The notes below the pieces were generated by a model. It was not told the origin of the DNA. It searched no databases and saw nothing but the letters and a program-made list of their open reading frames with translations. A DNA stretch of 64,000 nucleotides from Chrysomallon squamiferum (Eukaryota > Animalia > Mollusca): contig CM022679.1 in assembly GCA_012295275.1 (NCBI GenBank), forward strand, positions 11,470,001 through 11,534,000, in the 5' to 3' direction. Positions 55,524 to 64,000 of this stretch are shown one piece after another (positions within the stretch are counted from its first letter, which is position 1; every line of letters begins with the position of its first letter). A program made the position numbers and the translations under genes.

Positions 55524-55948
55524 TTAGTTGTATAAACGGCGTACGTCTTTACGGCACTGGCGTCGCTGGTTACGTTTTAATAGCTTACACTGTTTTAACT
55601 GTCTGTAGAACTCCGTTCGATAGTTGCAGCATTTTTCGAAATACTTCGAATATCGAAGCGAGCATTTCGTTATTTTGGTAATCAGTGCTTTCGAAAATCG
55701 TTTTCTGGCTATGGACTGTCTTCTAACACTGTTCTTCCTGTGCGCTATGTTCAGTCTCTGTGCAACAGCATAGACGCCAATGCTACACGGATGTCGTTTC
55801 TTTGCTGTTTTTTCCCCAATTTTGCAGCACCTTGAACTAGTAGCCTTGAAAACTTTACGCCGTGGGTTAAAGCCAGGTGGAGATTCATACTTTGCTTTGT
55901 CCCTGATGTTCACTGGATACCGAGAAGGCCGCAAAATCACTGTGTCAA
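55524..55948 (-). CDS. Terminal coding exon of an uncharacterised, highly basic, Cys-containing protein with an anaphylatoxin(ANATO)-like pattern
   Basis: Acceptor ttttaattacAG (55949-55950), then ~140 open codons to a stop at 55524. The sequence is complex and exon-like amid low-complexity DNA. Pattern CC-x2-G-x9-C...C-x10-CC, including FEKCCNYRTEFYRQ. Confidence 0.65.
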
Positions 55949-55968
55949 CTGTAATTAAAAATAATAAA

Positions 55969-56007
<39 letters not shown>

Positions 56008-56100
56008 TAGTAACAAATAAAGATTATTAATGTGGTTATTAGTTTTGTTATTATTACTTATGTGCGTTTTTCTTTTCTTTACTTTGTTACTTTTAGATTT

Positions 56101-56145
<45 letters not shown>

Positions 56146-57919
56146 TAAATTTTAATGTGGAGCAAGAGATTATTAAAATTTAAATTTAATTGAATTTATT
56201 TACATTATATTTTTCTTGCGTTTATTTTATTTTATTTATTTATTATTTTGTTTGTGTTATTTTTATAATTTAGAAGAATTTTAATATTATTATTTTTTTA
56301 AATGGTTATTAGTTTGACAAACAAAATAACAAATATCAGCATGCATGAATATATTTAATATATATATATATAATATTAACAGTTAATATTAAAATATGTA
56401 GAAATATTCATTATATTATTTCATACCTGTTGCTGTATATAGTGTATATGTAGTGTGCATGGATATATGTAGGTATGCGTATGTGTGTGTTACATATGTA
56501 AATATGTAAGTGTACATATTTGTGTGATGAAAGGGTATGTTTTTTATGTCTGTCTGAATACGTATGTCGTTCTATGCAAGCATTTGCATGTCTGTTATAC
56601 GTAGCTGTATGTATAGTCATATGTGTTAATGTGTTCATCATTTTATGTGCGTGTGTCTGCATGTACGTGCGTGCCTGGATGTACTTAAATAACACAGTTT
56701 TCGAAGTACATCGTCTAAACAAACATTTCTACAATTGTTAAGCCAATATTGTACCGATTAGCTTTTGCGGCGAGGGAATTTACTGAACCTAACTCATATT
56801 TTCTTAACATTCCACATTGAATGACTACCAGTGCAGCATTGTCTGACCTTGACCTAAGAAGCCAACTCTTTATTTGCTTGCCTAATGAAGGCAAATCACA
56901 TAATGTATCTATTCTCTTCACTTATCTTGCATAGATAAATTTAATAACACGTTTCACCAACAAACACATCTTGAAGGCGGTGTTGGCGCCCTAAACAAAA
57001 TAAAACACACCACATTACCTATTAACTATTGACATTTTGGCAAATTTCCGTACAATTGGTCTCAGATGTATTTGTAAGGATAAATGTTTTAATGTCCAAA
57101 GCGAGTTAGTATTTATGATCCATATAATATCGTCAAATTATACTCACAGCGACTGATAATGGGACAACGAACAGTATATTGTTGTGTCTGTTAACCCGGC
57201 CGCAGAGTGCAGGGAAGAACGAATGTCAAATTAAAAGACATTTTTATCAGCAAATTAGCTTTTTGAGTTAAAACAAATTAAGCTCTAGCGTATATCATAA
57301 TGATTAATGTTTAATTTACAAGACAGAACTAGAATAAAATGAAGCATCTAAAAAGAAGTAGGAAGAAAAAAGAAGTGTCGCTGATAAATTGATTTTATCT
57401 CAGCGTATCATCATTTCTGTTTATGCAAGTATGCCTGTAACAGTGCTGTAAAATACATGAACCTCAGAACTGCAGGGATAACCATTTCATGGTTAAGTGT
57501 TATTTAATTTGACTGAAACTCGATAAAACGAAATTAATTATTTTCGAAATTTTCTTTCAGCAGCACAAGCCTGCTATCAAGATTTGGAATGAACAAAATA
57601 CTGATACTACACGACATTCGTGTCTAATCGCGTGAAGATAATATTTACCTTTAAACTAATTACGTAAAATGATAAATCTCTCGAGTCTGTGGAAATGTTC
57701 ACCTAGACCATACATTTTTCTGAATATTTATTATCTTTAAAATATTTCAGATTTACTTCTACAATCAATGACGTTTTTAGTTGCTACTCATTCATTTGGT
57801 CTCTCCTATTGCAACAAAATGTCAGAACATATTTTTTAAATGTATATTACTGATAACCAAAATAGGTAAAATTACGTCATTTCTACGGAAATATAGGAAC
57901 CATGTTTCTGTGGATAAGC

Positions 57920-57923
<4 letters not shown>

Positions 57924-57997
<74 letters not shown>
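57924..57997. repeat. (GA)n microsatellite
   Basis: Seen directly. Confidence 0.95.
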
Positions 57998-58002
<5 letters not shown>

Positions 58003-59524
58003 TCACACAGCAGTTGATAAAAATAACTGAATTATGTTGACGTTTGATTTTCACTTTATATTTTAAAAATATCTGGGGTTATTTATGTATCTAATGGTGT
58101 GTGCGTGTGTATATGTGTCTGGGCGCACGAAGCACACACTTAATAAATGTAGCAATGTGCTGACATGCCAATAAACAAACATACATTTCATGATCGAACA
58201 GGTTAATGGCTATATGACGTGCAGATTGTAGCATTTGTTTATTTTGTGATGCTAAAAAAATCAGCTCTGATTGGATAATGTGAAACTGTTACATCACTTG
58301 GGCTAACATTGTCGAAACGGCATACCGCGTTAACCATTCTCCACCTGTGTAAATACACAAATACTGCCAGTTGGCTCTCCAACTATGAATTCCTAAAGAG
58401 AATAATCTGCTACCATATGTTTTAGTTTGATGCTGTAACCAAACGAAGAATAGATAGTTTTTCCAGTGATAACTCTTTCTATCTCTCTCTCTCTCTTTCT
58501 CGTCCTCTCTTTCTCTTTCATATCTGTCGTAACTATCGCTATAATTAATATTACATTTTATTTATTTATTTGGCTCGGGGTATGATTTGCAAAGAGCATA
58601 TTTTAAACAACTAACTAATATAATCTAATCTACAATAAAAAATATTTTTCTCTATTTAATAATGACAAATATCTAATCGTATGGATCATACTGCATCTCT
58701 CGGTAACCAATAACTTATTAACACTCTCTTTAGATAACCCACTTTTTTTTCATACCCTTAAAAAGTTCAACAGATGATCTTGCTCGGCCAATTTAGTGCT
58801 GTTAAGATAACATTTAGATAAGCAAAGAGCTGTACTCATTTTAAATCTTCTTCTTTTTTTTTTCTTTCCTTTTTTTTTTTTTTTTTTCTTTTTCTTTTTT
58901 TTTTTTTTTTCTTTTCTTTTTTCTTTTTGGTTTTGTTACTTTCTTACTTTAAAAAAAAAATGTACTTATTTATTGATTATTATTATTATTATTTTAAATA
59001 AAAAGTGCGAAAGGATGATATTAAACGAATAAATCAGATTTTTTGTAAGTAATGATTTTACAGGGATTTTCACGCGACTCATTATATAATACAATTTACC
59101 ACAATAGAAATATCTTTTTGTGATTCGTTGGTTAATAAATGTTATTATTTATTATTAAAATTCGGCAAGTAAGCTAGCTCTAAAAATTTGATTTATTTCT
59201 CTCTTTAAATAATTTAGTACTTATTTCATTTCTCTGTTAATAATTATTTAGCGTCCGTCTCTTAATGCCAGGTAGATTGTCACTACACCGTGTCATTGTT
59301 ATTATCGTTGAAGTTCAAGTATGTTTTAATATCTGTTTTAGCTGCAGCATTCAGTTGGCTATTTAATTAGTCTAGTTAAATACAAATACTCATAAAATAG
59401 ACACGATGCACCTGCCTACTTAAGATGTAATAGGTTTCGTCTATAATTGACGCATTCCTTTGAGTTTTCCGCTTGTTGACATAAAATTATTATTTTTATT
59501 TATTTAGTATTATTATTGTTTATT

Positions 59525-59525
59525 C

Positions 59526-59617
<92 letters not shown>
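59525..59617. repeat. (ATT)n + poly-T tract
   Basis: Seen directly. Confidence 0.9.
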
Positions 59618-59618
<1 letters not shown>

Positions 59619-59753
59619 GTGATTTCACATTTCTATGCCAATTTAAAACATTTACTAAAAGTAATAAACCTGGGAAATATATATATTTAAAAAAATTGTT
59701 ATAATGAATAGCCAAAGATAACATTTTTTTTAAAACACACATACAACACTTAC

Positions 59754-59757
<4 letters not shown>

Positions 59758-59840
<83 letters not shown>
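59758..59840. repeat. (GA)n microsatellite
   Basis: Seen directly. Confidence 0.95.
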
Positions 59841-60188
59841 TTAGTTTACTTATTCATACTTATGAAATAACAATCAAATTACTTTTCTAGTTGTTTTATA
59901 TATTTGCAATAATTAACAGATAATTAATGTAAGTAAGTATATTGATAAATATTTAATAAAAGGTTAAAACATGGCACTCCAATGCTATAAAAACGCATTT
60001 CGTTCAAAATATGACCCGAGAATAACGTGATAATGACCATTAAATAATAATGTTCATGCACAGTTAATAACAACTTAAGCATACATAGTTATAGAACAAA
60101 ATTGTTTTATGTTTATAATCTTGCGATACAACATGAGTAAAGACGGCTAAAAAAAAAGAAAACACTGCAGTTATCAAACATTATCAGG

Positions 60189-60226
<38 letters not shown>

Positions 60227-61334
60227 TTTGTTTTGTTTTGTTTTGTTTTATTCTGTTTTGTTATATTTGAACTATCTCGAGTTAAACTGTAAACTACTAT
60301 TATTATTACTACTACTATTACTATCACATCCACTGTAACTACTACTACTTTATTTAATAATAATAACAGTAATAATAACAACAACAACAACACAATAACT
60401 AATAATAACAATAACTGTGTGTCGCTATTTTTGTTTGCACCGCAATATTCTCAAGCCAATCACGTTAATCATTGTTTACCAAGAATACCATACGTCCTTG
60501 ACAGTGAAGTGAAAAAATTATTCAAGAACAACGACTGCCTGTTTATCTTTCACATTTACTTTTGTCACTGCCATTTACAAATCACTATCATGAGTTCATC
60601 TGAGGGGTTAACAGTTTCACACAAGTGTCATCACCTGTAGGAGATCACTTATTTACAAGCATGCAAGGCCAAGATAAGTGCGAGATATCAGTCAGGTGTT
60701 GAATGCTACCTGTAACAGGTGACATCTAAGGTACAACAGGTGACACAAACAATGTTATCTTTGAGAATATTTGGTTCATCTCGCTATTCATCATAAGGTA
60801 TTTAGTTTGATATTCAGTGTTTTTTATTAGTTTTTTAGGATGTTACATTTATTTTTTGTTGTTATTTTTCTCCACAGTCTAAGCATTTGAGGAATGTCAA
60901 ATATTTCAAGACGTCTGCCAAAAAAGAATGATTGATGGTGTAAAAAATGTAAAACTGTAGAGTTTCACAAAAGCTTTTTTTTAAACAGGAATTTTATTAG
61001 ATACCAGGATAAAAATGTATCATTTACCACTTCCATAACGTTTAAACCAATATTGGCGAGTAACAAGTAGATATATTCAGACTTGAGGCTACGTACGAGA
61101 TCTTTATAAGATTAGAAAATTTTCCCAGGGCAATAAGGATAGAAAACAATTACAAATGCATTTTGCAAACATAATTATTATGCTATAAACTAGCTAGAAA
61201 TATTGACTTTTGTTTTGTGCCAATTTTTAAACCAGTGGCTTTGATATGCGACCCATTTCACTTTTCTCACACTTTCTCTGCCTTTCTTTAATACTGATAG
61301 ATATGCGTACATACAACCATACATTTATATACAC

Positions 61335-61476
61335 ATACGTACTTATACAGAGAATGCGATAGCATCCCACTGGAACCAAGAAGAACCTCCCTCGGGATGG
61401 AGAATAACAGGAGGGGAAAAAACAAAAAAACAACATCTTGTGGTATTTTCCAATAAAGATCAGGAATTCTTGGCAT
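61335..61476 (-). CDS. Possible first coding exon (signal-peptide-like) of the 55524-55948 gene
   Basis: MPRIPDLYWKIPQDVVFLFFPLLLFSIPREVLLG has a hydrophobic core and is followed by donor-like GTACGT/GTATGT sites. Its phase does not directly match the terminal exon, so an intervening exon or another frame is needed. Confidence 0.25.
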
Positions 61477-62154
61477 ATGTGGAGAAAAGTAATATTACGC
61501 AGTCATAAGCGGACGATCCAATGTTTAGAAGCCAAGTGCATACTACGAAATGAAAACAGCGTATCTAACATCGTTACCGTTGAGATTGTCTCACTGTACC
61601 ACGATCTTTATACGAACTTCACGATTCTTTTTCTTTCTTTTTTGTCGTCTGTTATCTTTTTCTTTCTTTTGTTTTCTTCTTTTTTCCCCCCGGTACTCAT
61701 CTTTATAAATAAATTCATTTTATCTTGAAAGTATGACACTAACATAAATTAGATGACACACACACACACACACACATATATACGCAGACATACGCGCGCG
61801 CGCAGACAAGCACTATTAGTGGGAGACAGAGCTATCACACTAGTGTTTGTATGAGTTGTAATTGTTAAATCCAGCTAAGGACACACGAAAAACCTCAAAC
61901 GTAAAACAGATTACAAGCTTTCTAGTATTATTCTATCACGACTCCCATCCCCTCCAAAAAAATAAATAACACATTAAATGTTATATCTGATATTAAAACA
62001 TCCATCAGGCCAATACTATAACCAAGTATTTAGATGAAACTTAATTAGATTGACACAATCTTTTGACACTAGTAGCTAACTATTGAATGTAAGTCTTACT
62101 ACAGAATGTTTATAATGACACATAGACCATACTGTACCATAGAACTGCTGAGAC

Positions 62155-62187
<33 letters not shown>

Positions 62188-64000
62188 CATGTACCTAAAT
62201 GTATCAAAGACTCTTGGATCTAAACTACCTTTTCGCATATGTAAGCAGCTTGATACGCCGCTTGGTAATCTAAGTTTAGCACGATCACTTACAGACATTG
62301 GTATCCGCGTAAATTTTATGGGTGGTGGAAAAGCAAAACATGTTGGCAACAAAAACAAAAAAGATGTATATCCAAAAGCCGTTTCTGTTTGATTTGACTA
62401 AAACAATCTTTTACATTTCCATTTTGACAGAAAGTAAACGAATGGCTGAAAAGATTGTAATCATTTGTTATTTCAGTTTTAGTTTTTTTTTTTTTTTTTT
62501 TGTATTTCGTATTCATACTTAAAATACATAAAAATGCTTTCTTTTGTTTGTAAATATTCTTATATATTATATTTTCTACTCTGTAAACATTCATGGATCT
62601 CAGCAATGACCATGAAAATCAAAAACTTTTTTCACAGATTTTCTTTTAATAGACAGGTAATTTCAAAGCCATTTTCAATATTCATTTATTTACTGGTTTT
62701 CCCTTGATAATTTGCAAAAGATCATTAAGTTCACATACCAGTTATTGTTCAAATCCCCCTTTCTTAAATGTTATCATTAATGTGTATAAATCCATTAACC
62801 GTCATGCTTTTTTTACAAGATGTGACTAAAAATACCCAATACACTAAGACATCCAGGAAATACAGATAACGGTTTGCACGCTCGCTGAAGGCCGAGTGGA
62901 AACAAAATCTATTTACATCAGCGTTTGAAGATCTTAGTAAGACAAGATGATAAACAAATGGGTCAACGTTTGAATTAATCACATCATTATGTCAGTGAAC
63001 ATAAACATGTCGATGGCGAACGAACTTGTTAGTGCACTGGTTTTTTGCTGTTAGATACACGGGTTCTCGTGGTGCGCTGTTTTGGAGGTCAAACTGGATT
63101 TTTTTTTTTTTTTTTTTCCCCTAAATCCCATTTAAACGTACTTTTTAAACAAAAACCTCAGTCACTAATATATTTATTAACAGATAAACGAAATAAAGTA
63201 CGAAATTAATTAAAGAGAGAAAGAAAGAGAAATCAAATTTCTAATATCAGAACTAGCTTATAAGGTTTTTAAATACATAATAACATTTGTTAACCAACTT
63301 ATAAAAATATATTTCAGTTGTGGTAAATTATGTTTATATAATGAGATGCATGAAAGTCCCTGTAAAGTTATTACTAATAAAAAAAAAAAAAAAAAAGTAT
63401 TCCAAATTAAAACAACGGTCATCAGTTAATATGATCCAGTTATCGGTTATCTATATGAAATAAAAGTTCTCCACCTTGTTTTATATGTCTTAATTTCAAA
63501 ATGTTCAAATGTTATTTCATATATATGCAACAAATATATGGCTGAATTATAACTTTCTGTTTCTCATTCCTTTCGTTTATCAATTGTAAAAACGTTCTTG
63601 TCTCCATATGAAGTTATTAAAAGATCCCTTGATGCATGGCGATTAGTGGTTCATACTGTTATTACCTCGAACGTAAAGTATGTATGACGCTGTGCTGTAA
63701 CCTTTTATTTAAAATGTGCTAAGTCCGTCTTAAAATACAATATTTCTTCCTTCCTTCTTTCCTTCCTGTTCGGCAAAACAGTTGAAGTTAAAGATCATTA
63801 TATAAATTTGTTTTAAGCTCTTATCTGTCTTTCAGTGCGAAAATATTATTACATCTAATGATGAAGATACGATGATGGTGATAATGATATGGAAATGATA
63901 AGAACAATAATATAAACAACAAGTGTAAATAAATAAATAATAACATCTAGAGTCTTTTTCTAGATATTATCTTAATTATCTTGATTTTTTTTGTTTGTTT

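Noticed and set aside
55193-56010. Plus-strand hydrophobic ORFs suggesting a GPCR or membrane protein
   Set aside because: They are short, in different frames and lack receptor motifs. They are explained as antisense to the K/R-rich minus-strand exon and its UTR.
62110-62400. Minus-strand ORF with a GTAAGT donor near 62291
   Set aside because: No start or frame link to the ANATO-like exon could be established; it may be a UTR exon, but this is unsupported.

Overview
AT-rich animal (eukaryotic) genomic DNA with short GT-AG introns and many microsatellites. It is probably a lophotrochozoan or mollusc, inferred from repeat motifs such as AAGGGAAATAACTC and TGACCTTGACC. The first ~46 kb is gene-dense. 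It holds an exon of a minus-strand gene with a CUE-like motif, a 24-exon STK31/TDRD8 (Tudor, coiled coil, pseudokinase) gene, and a 13-exon adenylosuccinate lyase (ADSL). ADSL intron 7 (7.9 kb) contains a higher-order tandem array of inverted-repeat-bounded monomers and a nested antisense gene predicted to encode a zinc-ribbon plus SAM-domain protein. A ~1087-aa uncharacterised protein with RS-like, RRM and Q-rich regions follows. The last ~18 kb is gene-poor and repeat-rich. It has a candidate spliced micro-ORF unit and the terminal exon of a minus-strand gene encoding a very basic protein with an anaphylatoxin (C3a/fibulin)-like cysteine pattern. Gene models were built by hand from splice sites and reading-frame phase; no database searches were run.
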